Of a DNA stretch of 64,000 bases, positions 52,701 to 61,422 are shown one piece after another. The DNA is from Verrucomicrobiota bacterium (GTDB taxonomy: Bacteria; Verrucomicrobiota; Verrucomicrobiia; Limisphaerales; UBA11358): contig JBEKMW010000007.1 of assembly GCA_049523455.1 (NCBI GenBank), forward strand, positions 7,918 to 71,917, written 5' to 3'. The notes beneath the pieces are model-generated. The model saw nothing but the letters and a program-made list of their open reading frames with translations. It was not told the origin of the DNA and searched no databases. Position 1 is the stretch's first letter. Each line of letters begins with the position of its first letter. The position numbers and the translations under genes are program-made.

Positions 52701-53136
52701 CAACGGCACGCCCATCAGCGTGACCATTAATGGGAATACGCAAGGCACCACGGTCAATGACTCGTCCGGTGATTTCAGCATCAACTTCACCGGCACCGGC
52801 AGCCTGACGCCGGGAAGTTATCCCATCACCTACGTCTCCGCCTCTGACTACCAGATCTTCCTGGGCGGCACTAATAACGCCACGAGTCTGACGGTGACCA
52901 GTGCGGCGGCGCCGCCGGTTATCAATCCGGTGACCTTGGATCCCACCGGCCAGAACTTGCTGGTCAGCGTGTCAACCTCGCTCGGACACACCTACTATCT
53001 GTTGTCCGCGACCAACCTGAACCCGCCGGTCGTCTGGTCCACCAACAGCACCACCGCGGGAACCGGTGGCACCATCACCAACCTGGTGCCGCTCAATCTG
53101 TCGAAGGATCTGTTCCTGCAATATCAGGTCCAGTAA
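49771..53136 (+). CDS. Giant secreted protein: 2 copies of an unrecognised ~215-aa module alternating with FN3-like domains
   Basis: Signal peptide. FN3-like PAAPTGFTATPTAHQVNLSWNASAGATGYNVWRA...YYYYVQGVN (several copies). Module motifs are FTVTAGASVLVVSL.DR, LSWNG, SDIYYLFNP and QAYTLNGVDT. Confidence 0.8.
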   Translation: MKTLPTHRLFQGLMSLLASAGLLWCGNARAQIALQDGGTNLITTTSSPISTNNFTVTAGASVLVVSLFDRDNASAGDGVSLSWNGTPMIKVVSENNANSTWAWSDIYYLFNPTPGMANITATDASGGSVSAMTLQAYTLNGVDTNVVPMTYEINNGATTSLSLALSASLAPGLAVVNSSYGTGGTTLNITSTAGTVTCPEVDNNTSQAMGYVNNIPATGATITANSGGSSQKMALAIAFFTQLGAGPAAPTGFTATPTAHQVNLSWNASAGATGYNVWRAQAGGGFAEIATGITDTTYPDTTVSPYTQYYYYVQGVNGSGGGGFSVEASAFPYWATGVIGVLDGSLNGGQVDWSTNNNNAIGQTISDTFTVSAGASVLIVNLYDQITNNSTGPLTSDWTPSTLSWGTQTLTKVVGQFNSRPQSVCATYFLFNPAAGTQTISYTDATGYPVWCMDMQAYTLHDVDTTVNPVEYGVAGGYVNNDVINTLIGSTPSGAFATICDESGASPAYVISSSGTTNYVTSPGHTSVPTYSHQIVMMGGVLGLAAGTGSIWDTNTSGGVPATLANAVFTAFIPPSAPSAPADVTATGQTNRIAVSWVDTSSGAATSYVILRSATSGSGYLPIGTNNGNANVTYTDTSVVNWTTYYYVVKARDSNGDSPLSSPEASATAVGVPAAPTGLKAMWGNSMVTLNWNTQVGADSWNVLRSTTSGSGYTTVGNATTPGYVDTTVANFTKYYYVLVASNSFGIGPISAEVGVIPAVPLTNWVGVFYSVADISNWHNTVSNGGFGGGYATFYSDAPAAGPSTGCLLFSNVFYTGVLDGWDGISGTFNDLNESNATALEFDVKVEGDYDSANGIQALQPTVESTSANGNLGYQWGGSLNTSTSNQWLHVVVPISGDDAGNVANWTFINDINLNVVDGFYPTPTMVILGYANFEFTGAPGYPPVFSGLANPASVSAGTPSVTLTGTVSGGNNNYLANGTPISVTINGNTQGTTVNDSSGDFSINFTGTGSLTPGSYPITYVSASDYQIFLGGTNNATSLTVTSAAAPPVINPVTLDPTGQNLLVSVSTSLGHTYYLLSATNLNPPVVWSTNSTTAGTGGTITNLVPLNLSKDLFLQYQVQ

Positions 53137-53160
53137 CCGCGGCAATAGTCTGATTAAAGT

Positions 53161-53199
53161 TTGGAGGGTGCCGGCTCCCGGCGCCCTCCAAGTGTTTTT
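53161..53199 (+). terminator. Rho-independent terminator
   Basis: Stem ttggagggtgccg / cggcgccctccaa (13 bp including one G-U), loop gctcc, followed by gtgttttt. Lies 25 nt after the stop of 49771..53136. Confidence 0.65.
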
Positions 53200-53264
53200 G
53201 GTTCGTGGTGAGTTTTTGACGATCCCTTCCCCATGCCTTATCCTCTGGCCGTATTGAGTTTTCG

Positions 53265-54671
53265 ATGGAAACCAATTCTCTGACTGCCTCTGCCGGGCTG
53301 GCCGCTGGACGGGCGCGCTTCGTCCGCGATGCGCTGCCGCCGGGCGGTTTGTTTGCGGGGCTTGAGTGGCGTATTTCGCCGGAGCCGTTCCCGCTCGGCG
53401 AAAATCTGGCGCGCGAAATCGAGTCGTTGGGTCGCGTGCTGCTGCAGTTTTATCGCGCGGTCAATCTCCTTTACCGCAAGAGCGTGGCGGGCCAGCAGCC
53501 GGAATGGGTCGCCCGCTGGCTCGACCTCGGCAAACCCGCCGAACTCATCGCGTGGCAGCTCTCGCCCGCCTTCAAGAACGATGTGCCCCGTGTCATCCGC
53601 CCAGACCTTCTGCTCACCGAAAACGGCCTCCGCATCACCGAACTGGATTCCGTGCCGGGCGGCATCGGGTTGACGGCGTGGTTGAATAAGACCTATGCCG
53701 CCGTAGGACAGGCGTCGCGCCCGTCTCAGACTCCTGAAAGAGAGAACGGAGACAGGCAAGCTGCCGGTTCTGCGCTGGTCGGCGGCGCCGATGGCATGTT
53801 ACGCGGCTTCGAAGCGATTTTTGATGATGCGAAACAAGTGCATATCGTCGTCTCGGAAGAGGCGGGCACGTATAAGCCCGAAATGGTTTGGCTGGCGGAG
53901 CAACTGAATGCCCAAGGCCGGTCAACTTTTACCGTTCAGCCGGCAACCTTCAGCCAATTCGCCGAGGGCGATGCTGTTTATCGCTTCTTTGAATTGTTCG
54001 ACCTGGTGAATGTCTCAAACGCCAGGCGGATTTTCGAGCTGGCGGCGGAAAAGAAAATCCGCCTCACGCCGCCTCCCAAACCGGTGTTCGAGGAAAAGAT
54101 GCTTTTTGCGCTGCTCTGGAACCGGAACCTCCGGGATTTTTGGCGCCAGGAATTGGGTGAGGGCTTCTTCACCCGGCTCCAACAAATGGTGCCCTACACG
54201 TGGATCATTGATCCGGCGCCCTTGCCACCGCAGGGGGCGATTCCCGAATTGAACCTCACGGATTGGCGCCAGCTCAAAGCGATGTCCCAGAAGGAGCGCG
54301 AGTTGATCCTGAAAGTGTCGGGCTTTTCCGAACACGCCTGGGGCGCGCGCGGCGTTTTTCTCGGCAGCGACTTGTCGCACGAGGACTGGTCCCGGGCGGT
54401 GGATGAAGCCATCCGGCATTTCAACCAGTCGCCCCGCGTGCTTCAGCGCTATCACAAACCGGCCTTGGTGGACTCACAATGGTTTGATTTTAGCCGGAAC
54501 GAAATGACACCGATGAAGGGTCGCGTGCGGTTGTGTCCGTACTATTTTGTCCCCGCCCAAGGTAGTGAGGCGCGCCCGCGACTCGGCGGCGTGCTGGCGA
54601 CCGTTGCCCCAGCCGATAAGAAAATCATTCACGGCATGAGCGACGCAATTTTGGCGCCCTGCGCCGTCTGA
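53265..54671 (+). CDS. Hypothetical protein, possibly ATP-grasp-like (circularly permuted / glutathionylspermidine-synthase-like)
   Basis: Pattern RPDLLLTENGLRITELDSVPGGIG ... EEKMLFALLWN ... LILKVSGFSEHAWGARGVFLG ... RVLQRYHKP ... RLCPYYFV resembles ATP-grasp ligases. This is recall only. Confidence 0.35.
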   Translation: METNSLTASAGLAAGRARFVRDALPPGGLFAGLEWRISPEPFPLGENLAREIESLGRVLLQFYRAVNLLYRKSVAGQQPEWVARWLDLGKPAELIAWQLSPAFKNDVPRVIRPDLLLTENGLRITELDSVPGGIGLTAWLNKTYAAVGQASRPSQTPERENGDRQAAGSALVGGADGMLRGFEAIFDDAKQVHIVVSEEAGTYKPEMVWLAEQLNAQGRSTFTVQPATFSQFAEGDAVYRFFELFDLVNVSNARRIFELAAEKKIRLTPPPKPVFEEKMLFALLWNRNLRDFWRQELGEGFFTRLQQMVPYTWIIDPAPLPPQGAIPELNLTDWRQLKAMSQKERELILKVSGFSEHAWGARGVFLGSDLSHEDWSRAVDEAIRHFNQSPRVLQRYHKPALVDSQWFDFSRNEMTPMKGRVRLCPYYFVPAQGSEARPRLGGVLATVAPADKKIIHGMSDAILAPCAV

Positions 54672-54689
54672 ATCTTGGTTCGGAATATT

Positions 54690-56915
54690 CTATCGCGCCG
54701 TCTGGTCCGTTTCGCGCAATCGTTTCTGAATTTCGAATGAACCCGGCGCGAGGTGCCAGGCGGCCTGGTAATCCAACCGCGCTTCGGCTCGCGCCTGCTC
54801 CGGTGTCAAACGAGGATCGTGCAAGATCACATCGCCCAGCCGGACGAACGTGACCGGGTCGTCTGGCTGCCGCCACAAGGCTTCACGAAAGTGCAGTTCC
54901 GCGCTGGCCGGCTGGCCTTGGGCTGCGAATTGACTCCCCAGTTCCTTGTGCAGCCGGCAGTCGAACGCACTGACATCGAAATTCCGTGCCAGCCAGACCA
55001 GCCACAACGCCATTACTGCGGCCAGCAGCGCGGCAAATTCGGGGAAACCTTGCTCCCCCGCGATGGCGCGGTGCCGGATTACGCTTCGCCCGAGCAATAG
55101 CAAATAAAGCCCTAGACCGTCCAATAGTGCCGCGGCGGCCCGGTCCTGCACCCAGCGCGCGCCCACCGACCACCGCCCCAGTTCTTGAATTTCACCAACC
55201 GCCACCAGCGAATTCCGGTCATTTCCGGTGATTTCCACCCGGAATGGATTCTTCGGCGCCGCCACCGTAACGGTCTCCCACCGGCCAAAGGCTTTTGGGC
55301 GCACTTCAGTGGTCAGGCCGCTGGATTGTTCTACGAGTTGAACGCGAATTCCGTTGGTGTCCGAACCGCAACACAATTGCATGGCGAATTCGGGCCGCGT
55401 CGGGGAAATCGTTTCGCTGATAAAACGGCCGGCAGCGGCAGTGCCATTGGTGGTGTAGTTGCCCCATACCGAGGCGAACTCCCGCCCGGGCAATTCCGGC
55501 GGGCACCCACCGGGGACAAACGCAGCGTCGGAATTGGTCGCCGCGGCCAACGTCAACGGCGGGCGGCAGACCGGGGGCAGGATGGTCGCAAGGTCGGTGT
55601 CCAGCAGCAGGTCAATCAGCCGTTGTCCATCCCAATACGGAATTTCAACCGGCGGCTGGTTGAGCAAGTAGCGCGCGTCCCGCGTGGCCACGTAGGCGCG
55701 CACATTGGCTTCTTCGATCAGGCTCAACCGTTTCGTCTGCTGCAAATAATTTGCGGCCACCGGATGGTTTCCCGGCGCCAACCCGCAAAGTCCGCAGAGG
55801 CCCCAAAAACAGAATCCGGCCCAAACCACGGCCAGGGGCATGACGATTGCCTGCGGCACCCGGCCAAAGTTGGCGCGTTCGGCGATGACCAGCCAGCCGG
55901 CCAAACCGGCAATTGGGATGATCGCCAACGTGTCCATATAGCGGCTGCTGTCACCCAGCGCCGCGCGTCCGAAAGCGAGTGCCGCCGCTTGCAAGACACC
56001 CCACAGTCCCAGCGCCAGAATGAATTCGGGCGCTCGCAGGTCCTGGTCCGGCGAACGAAAATATTGCCAGCACACCACGGCCAACGGCAGGCAGGTGATT
56101 AAGCACATCAAGGGATGGTCGGGGAATGGCCAGGCCAGATGACGCATCAACGCGTTCAAGAACACCACCAGCGACTGCGCCTGAAATGGTTTGTCCTGCT
56201 CCACGGTCACGCGCAACGCCCAGCCTGCGATAAACACCGCCAGGCCGCACCCCAATACGATGAACTGGCCGCGGGCCAGGCGGCGATTCTTCAGCCAGCG
56301 CAGCCCCGCCAATCCGGCAACCGTCAGTGCCGCCAGCAAACCGGACGCCATGGTGAACAAAGCCAGAATGGCGGCGGCCAGTCCCACCCACCACCTGGCC
56401 TGCCGCGGCGTTCCGAATCCCAAACCGGCGATGGCAGCCACCGAGAAAAGGCACAGAAAATATTCCTGTGACTGGAACCCGCGAATCGTGTTCTCCGCCG
56501 CGAACGGCAGCGCAAAAAAAGGCGCGAGCAGAACGCAGATCAAGCCTTCCTTCCTTTTGCCCAGGAACACCCACAGGCAAAAGGCCAGCCCGCCGGCAAA
56601 CCCCGCGTGCAGCAACGCGTTGACCACCATCTGCAGATCGGGGTCCCACTGGCCGTTGAGCCGCAATTCCAGCAGGTCCAACAGGCGCGTGAACAGAATC
56701 CGATGTTCATTGTGCGCGGCGAACAGCGCGCCCCAGGTCAGATGTCCTTCGAGCCAGGGCTTGAAGACGAGTTTCGCTTCGTCCCATTGGTCCCAATAGG
56801 GGAGCGGCGACCCATAGACCTGGATGATCCATAGCTTGGCGCCCAAAATCACCAGCAACAGCGCCGCCAGCCACGCCGCCAGCCACCACCGGGAATCCGG
56901 TTTATGGGGTTCCAT
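54690..56915 (-). CDS. Polytopic membrane protein with a C-terminal soluble/TPR-like region (paralogue A)
   Basis: LGAKLWIIQVYGSPLPYWDQWDEAKLVFKPWLEGHLTWGALFAAHNEHRILFTRLLD... Many helices. Collinear with 56902..58614. Confidence 0.7.
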   Translation of the reverse strand: MEPHKPDSRWWLAAWLAALLLVILGAKLWIIQVYGSPLPYWDQWDEAKLVFKPWLEGHLTWGALFAAHNEHRILFTRLLDLLELRLNGQWDPDLQMVVNALLHAGFAGGLAFCLWVFLGKRKEGLICVLLAPFFALPFAAENTIRGFQSQEYFLCLFSVAAIAGLGFGTPRQARWWVGLAAAILALFTMASGLLAALTVAGLAGLRWLKNRRLARGQFIVLGCGLAVFIAGWALRVTVEQDKPFQAQSLVVFLNALMRHLAWPFPDHPLMCLITCLPLAVVCWQYFRSPDQDLRAPEFILALGLWGVLQAAALAFGRAALGDSSRYMDTLAIIPIAGLAGWLVIAERANFGRVPQAIVMPLAVVWAGFCFWGLCGLCGLAPGNHPVAANYLQQTKRLSLIEEANVRAYVATRDARYLLNQPPVEIPYWDGQRLIDLLLDTDLATILPPVCRPPLTLAAATNSDAAFVPGGCPPELPGREFASVWGNYTTNGTAAAGRFISETISPTRPEFAMQLCCGSDTNGIRVQLVEQSSGLTTEVRPKAFGRWETVTVAAPKNPFRVEITGNDRNSLVAVGEIQELGRWSVGARWVQDRAAAALLDGLGLYLLLLGRSVIRHRAIAGEQGFPEFAALLAAVMALWLVWLARNFDVSAFDCRLHKELGSQFAAQGQPASAELHFREALWRQPDDPVTFVRLGDVILHDPRLTPEQARAEARLDYQAAWHLAPGSFEIQKRLRETDQTAR

Positions 56916-58614
56916 GCGGGCCCTCCGCTGACGCCTTCAACGCCTCCGCCTTTTGTTCGTGGATGGCTGCGCGCCTGGGATTGTTGATGGATCTGAAATG
57001 TTCCGCGAGCTGGAATTGCAAGGCTTGTTCGACCGAGTTGCGCGTGACCGGCGTTTTGGTCCAGACAAAACCAAGCGACCCCAGCAGCGCCAGCAAGACC
57101 GCAAAAGCGGGGAGATTTTCCCAGGCCAGCCCCGCCGGGCTGCGGATGAGGCCATAGGCCACCAGGACGATGAACCAGCCGAGTCCGCAATAAATCAGGA
57201 CCGTGGCGTGGCGCAACAGCCATTGCAAAACACCAGTGAAACGGCCCATGACGTTTGCTTGTGCCGGCGGCAGGCACGCCGCTGGCAGGATGGCCTGCAA
57301 ATCTTTGTCGCGCAACGCCCCCAAAACCACTCTTGGGTCTGGCGGCACTGTGGGAGGCTCGAGCAAATCCCGCTCGTCACCGGAGGCCATGAAGGCAGCC
57401 ACCCGTTCCTCGGCTATCAGGTTCATGGAACGGGTCGGAACCAAAAGGTCCGTCACCACCAACCCGGAAACCCGGACCAGGCCAAGGAAGATTATGGCTG
57501 CCCACAGCAACGGCAGCAGCGCTGCGCCTCTCTTCAAAAACGCGGCCGGAAACCAGCCGCGCACCAGCGCCAGCCAGGCAAACAGACTGGCGATGGCCAG
57601 CACGTTCAATTTGTCCATAAACCGGCTCGCGGGCACCCCCTCGCCGAAATTTCCGCGCCCGTAGGCCAGGGCCAGGCATTGCAGGATGCCCCAGAACCCC
57701 AGCGCCAGGGGGAATTTCGCCGCGCGCCCTTCCGGATAATCCCGCCGGAGATACTTGACCGCCAGCCAGATGAGCGGCAGCAAAATGAGGCAGGCCATCG
57801 CCGGTGCATTGAAGAACGGCCACGCCAAGTTGCGTTCGAGCGCGCCGACAAATTGCATCAGGTTTTGTGCCCGCAAAAGACGGTCGCCCTCATACGGCAC
57901 ATACAAGGCCGCGCCCAACCCCGCGACCGCCAGGCACGCACCCAGGGTGATGAGGTTCTCCCCTGCGAGGCGGCGCAGCCGGATGGCCCGCAATAATATT
58001 AATCCGGCGATGGCCAGCGGTGTGAGCAGCCCGGACGCCATCGTGAACAGATCCAGGACAGCCACGGCCAATCCCAGGCACCATCGCCAGTCACCCGGTT
58101 TCCCAAAAACCAACCCGGCCATCGCCGGCAAAGCGAAGAACGCCAGGAAATAGGCCTGCGAATTGAATGCCCAAATGGTGTTCTCGGCCGCGTAGGGCAG
58201 CGCAAAAAACGGGGCCAGCAGGCAGCAAATGAGCCAGCCATCCCGCCGCCCGCCGCCCGCCCACAGACCCAGCGCCAGTCCGCAAACGTAAACCGTGTGG
58301 ATGAAGGCGTTGATCGCCATTTGCAACATCGGCTCCCATCGCCCGTTCAGCCAGATCGTCCCCACGTCCAGCAGCCGGGTGAAGAGGATCCGGTGCTCGC
58401 AATAGGGCGCCAAATAATCCTTCCAGGTCAACTGGCCATCCAGCCACCCCTTGATGAACGTCGTCGCTTCATACCACTGGTCCCACCAGAGCAGCGGCGA
58501 ACCGTACAGTTGCACCACCCACAGCTTGGCGCCCAGCACCACCAGGAACAGCGCCGCCAGCCAGGCAGCAAATTGCTTGAAGGACTCGACAGGCCGGTTC
58601 GCTGGTTCGGTCAT
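56902..58614 (-). CDS. Polytopic membrane protein (paralogue B)
   Basis: LGAKLWVVQLYGSPLLWWDQWYEATTFIKGWLDGQLTWKDYLAPYCEHRILFTRLLD... ATG 58614 chosen. Overlaps the paralogue A start by 14 nt. Confidence 0.7.
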   Translation of the reverse strand: MTEPANRPVESFKQFAAWLAALFLVVLGAKLWVVQLYGSPLLWWDQWYEATTFIKGWLDGQLTWKDYLAPYCEHRILFTRLLDVGTIWLNGRWEPMLQMAINAFIHTVYVCGLALGLWAGGGRRDGWLICCLLAPFFALPYAAENTIWAFNSQAYFLAFFALPAMAGLVFGKPGDWRWCLGLAVAVLDLFTMASGLLTPLAIAGLILLRAIRLRRLAGENLITLGACLAVAGLGAALYVPYEGDRLLRAQNLMQFVGALERNLAWPFFNAPAMACLILLPLIWLAVKYLRRDYPEGRAAKFPLALGFWGILQCLALAYGRGNFGEGVPASRFMDKLNVLAIASLFAWLALVRGWFPAAFLKRGAALLPLLWAAIIFLGLVRVSGLVVTDLLVPTRSMNLIAEERVAAFMASGDERDLLEPPTVPPDPRVVLGALRDKDLQAILPAACLPPAQANVMGRFTGVLQWLLRHATVLIYCGLGWFIVLVAYGLIRSPAGLAWENLPAFAVLLALLGSLGFVWTKTPVTRNSVEQALQFQLAEHFRSINNPRRAAIHEQKAEALKASAEGPHGTP

Positions 58615-58696
58615 TGCACTGGGACTCAATTGCGCGCGAGCGTAAATTAATTTCGCAGCCGCGCAAGCCCGCAGACCGGGCCCGCAGACCGGGCGC

Positions 58697-58866
58697 ATCT
58701 CAGTTTTTGACAGGGCCGATGCGCCGCTCCGGGTGCCGCTGGCTGAGAAAGAGGGGGAGAATGACGAATATCTAAACCCTAATGACTAAAGGATGTCCCA
58801 ATGACCGAATCACCAATGATCATGCCAAGCGCTTTGGGCTTCGGGCTTGGTCATTCTTTGGTCATT
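58697..58866 (+). repeat. ~175-bp dispersed repeat, copy 2
   Basis: Collinear with 47151-47330 apart from a few substitutions and an 11-nt indel. Confidence 0.85.
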
Positions 58867-58974
58867 GGCAGTGACGTCACAATTCTCCAACCGTCTCTCT
58901 CGCAGTCCACTGACGCTGCGGATTTTTTTCGTGTCATTTGGGACGAATCGTGGTTAAAGGATTGGCGACGTTTT

Positions 58975-60153
58975 ATGGATTTTGATTCGAGCAGATTTCC
59001 CCTGCGGCCGGCATGGGTCGAGATTGACCTGGCCCGGCTGCGCAACAACCTGCGGCTCATCCGCCGCGACCTGCCGCCCGGCGTCCGCCTGCTGGCCGTG
59101 ATCAAGGACGAGGCCTACGGCCACGGCGCGCTGGATACCGCCCGCATCGCGCTGGAAGAAGGCGCCTGGGGCTTCGGCCTGAGCACGCTGGAAGAAGCGA
59201 TGAACCTCCGCGACGGCGGCATCCGGGCGCCGCTGCTCCTGCTCGGCGAACGGCAGGAGCCCGAACTGGAATGGTGCGTGGCGCATGACCTGACGGTTTG
59301 CGTGAATGAGCCGCATACCGTCCGGACATTGGCCCGGATCGCGGCCAACTTCGGCAAGCGCACACCGGTTCACTTGAAAATCAACACCGGCATGAGCCGC
59401 TACGGAGTCCGTTGGGACGAAGCCATGCCGCTGGTGGAAACCATTCTCGCCGAAAAATCGCTGCAACTGGAAGGCGTGATGACCCACTTCGCGCAGTCGG
59501 ACGAAACCGACAAGAGCTTTGCCAACCTCCAGTTCTCCCGCTTCAACGAGGTATTGGGAGGGCTCGCGAGACGGAACATTTCCGTGAACCTGCGCCACAC
59601 CTGCAACAGCGGCGGCTTCCTCGACCTGCCGCAGGCGCATCTGGACATGGTGCGCCCCGGCATTTTGATCTACGGCGTTTTTCCGTCGCAGGTTTGCCGC
59701 CGCCTTCCCGGCATCGAACCGGTCATGTCCGTGAAGGCCAGAATCGCGGGCATCCAAAAAGTGAAACCCGGCGAGGTCGTCGGCTACGGCATGCGTTACA
59801 CCGCGCCGAGCGGGCGCCGGATTGCCGTGTTGCCCATCGGCTACGGCGACGGCTTCCCGCGCGTACGCAATGAAGGCGGCGCGCTCATCCGCGGGCAGCG
59901 CGCTCCGCTGGTCGGCGGCATCGCCATGGACGCGCTCATGGTGGACATCACGGACATACCCGACGCGCAAATGTGGGATGAAGCGGTCATCATGGGCCGG
60001 CAGGGCAACGAGGAAATCACCGTGCGCGACATCGCCAAATTAAAAAACTCGGTCACCTACGACGTGCTGACCAACTGGCGGCTCCGCCTGCGGCGCCAAT
60101 CGGTGAATGCGGGCAAGTCCCCGCGCGAACTCGAAGCTGTGGCGGCTGGATGA
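58975..60153 (+). CDS. alr: Alanine racemase
   Basis: WVEIDLARLRNNLRLI...LLAVIKDEAYGHGA (PLP lysine context), KINTGMSRYG, MTHFAQSDE and GYGDGFPR. ATG 58975 chosen because upstream track codons lie in a dispersed repeat. Confidence 0.9.
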   Translation: MDFDSSRFPLRPAWVEIDLARLRNNLRLIRRDLPPGVRLLAVIKDEAYGHGALDTARIALEEGAWGFGLSTLEEAMNLRDGGIRAPLLLLGERQEPELEWCVAHDLTVCVNEPHTVRTLARIAANFGKRTPVHLKINTGMSRYGVRWDEAMPLVETILAEKSLQLEGVMTHFAQSDETDKSFANLQFSRFNEVLGGLARRNISVNLRHTCNSGGFLDLPQAHLDMVRPGILIYGVFPSQVCRRLPGIEPVMSVKARIAGIQKVKPGEVVGYGMRYTAPSGRRIAVLPIGYGDGFPRVRNEGGALIRGQRAPLVGGIAMDALMVDITDIPDAQMWDEAVIMGRQGNEEITVRDIAKLKNSVTYDVLTNWRLRLRRQSVNAGKSPRELEAVAAG

Positions 60154-60224
60154 TTTTTAACCACTGATTAACACGGATGCGCGCGGATAAAAAAAAGGCA
60201 GGACGCGAATTTCGCCAATTATCG

Positions 60225-60334
60225 GGCAGTGTCCTCAATTCAGGAGCGCGGCTCTATGAGCCGCAGCACATCCCCATGCAATCCAAGCCGCTGCGGGTCG
60301 CAGACCCGCGCTCCGAAAACAAATCGGGACACTC
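60225..60334 (+). mobile_element. 110-bp MITE-like element, copy 2
   Basis: Ends are ggcagtgtcc... and ...gggacactc (inverted). Flanked by the perfect 10-nt direct repeat ccaattatcg at 60215-60224 and 60335-60344. Confidence 0.7.
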
Positions 60335-60404
60335 CCAATTATCGCGGAGTTTTTCCAACTTTGGTAAATCCGCGCAATCCGCGTAATCCGCGGTACCTCT
60401 CTCC

Positions 60405-61202
60405 ATGAAACTCCTCTTCTCCGAGCAAAATTCCGACTACGAGAATTACCAGTTTCCCTACGCCATCTGGGCCGTGCCGGAGGAGGGCGAAACGCCGGCG
60501 GACATTTTTGACGCCGGTTTTTTGCCGTCGTCGCGCTATTTGGACCGCTTTTATCTCTGCCGGCAGGTGCGCGTGAATTTGGCCAAATTCAAACCCTCCT
60601 CCGAAAACCGCCGGATTTTGCGCAAAGGCAAAGGCATCAACGTGCAACTCGTCCCGCGCGACCAATACAATTACACGCCCGAACGCCGCCAGTTCTTCAA
60701 AACCTACGCCGACATCAAATTCGGCAAGGATGCGATGACCTTTGAGCGGCTGGACGGCTTGTTTTCCACCCCCATCATTTCGCACCTGCTCGTGTTCAGC
60801 GACGGCGACCAGGAGGTCGGCGTGGCCACGCTCTATCTCGAAGGGCGGGCGCTCGCCTTTTACTACTATGCGTTTTACGACCTGAACTATTACGCGCGCA
60901 ACCTGGGCATGTTCATGATGACCTCGGCGGCGGCGCTGTTCGCCGAGCGCGGGGTCAGGCATCTTTACCTGGGCACCTGCTACTCACAAAACGCGCTCTA
61001 CAAAACGCAATTCGCCGGCGCGCAATTCTTCAACGGCTTCCGCTGGTCCGACGACCTGGACGAACTGAAATTCATCATCCGGCGCGACAAAAAGGAGCTC
61101 ACGCAGCACCTGCTGGAAACCGACGAATACCGCGCGAAATTCTACGATGGCGACTTGAGGGAAATCGTGGACGCCAGCGCATTTCGCGTGAAAGCCGGCT
61201 GA
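60405..61202 (+). CDS. Arginyl/leucyl-tRNA--protein transferase (ATE/Bpt)-like protein
   Basis: YYYAFYDLNYYARNLGMFMMTSAAALFAERGVRHLYLGTCYSQNALYKTQFAGAQFFNGFRW resembles the ATE C-terminal domain. Confidence 0.55.
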   Translation: MKLLFSEQNSDYENYQFPYAIWAVPEEGETPADIFDAGFLPSSRYLDRFYLCRQVRVNLAKFKPSSENRRILRKGKGINVQLVPRDQYNYTPERRQFFKTYADIKFGKDAMTFERLDGLFSTPIISHLLVFSDGDQEVGVATLYLEGRALAFYYYAFYDLNYYARNLGMFMMTSAAALFAERGVRHLYLGTCYSQNALYKTQFAGAQFFNGFRWSDDLDELKFIIRRDKKELTQHLLETDEYRAKFYDGDLREIVDASAFRVKAG

Positions 61203-61422
61203 ACCAACGGACTGGCATCATTGGGATCCCGCTTGCCCGAAATTCCTGTGTGCTTTTCCCCGCCTACCCGTACCAAAGGCGTAGAGCAGACTACGCCTTA
61301 TGGCCGCTTGACGGATTGGGGCGTTTTTGTTTTACTAAATTTACCAATAAATCAAGTCATCCGGATTTACGTTCGGGCGGCGAGGATAATGTCGGGCGTC
61401 TGTGAAAGGAAACAAAATAGCT

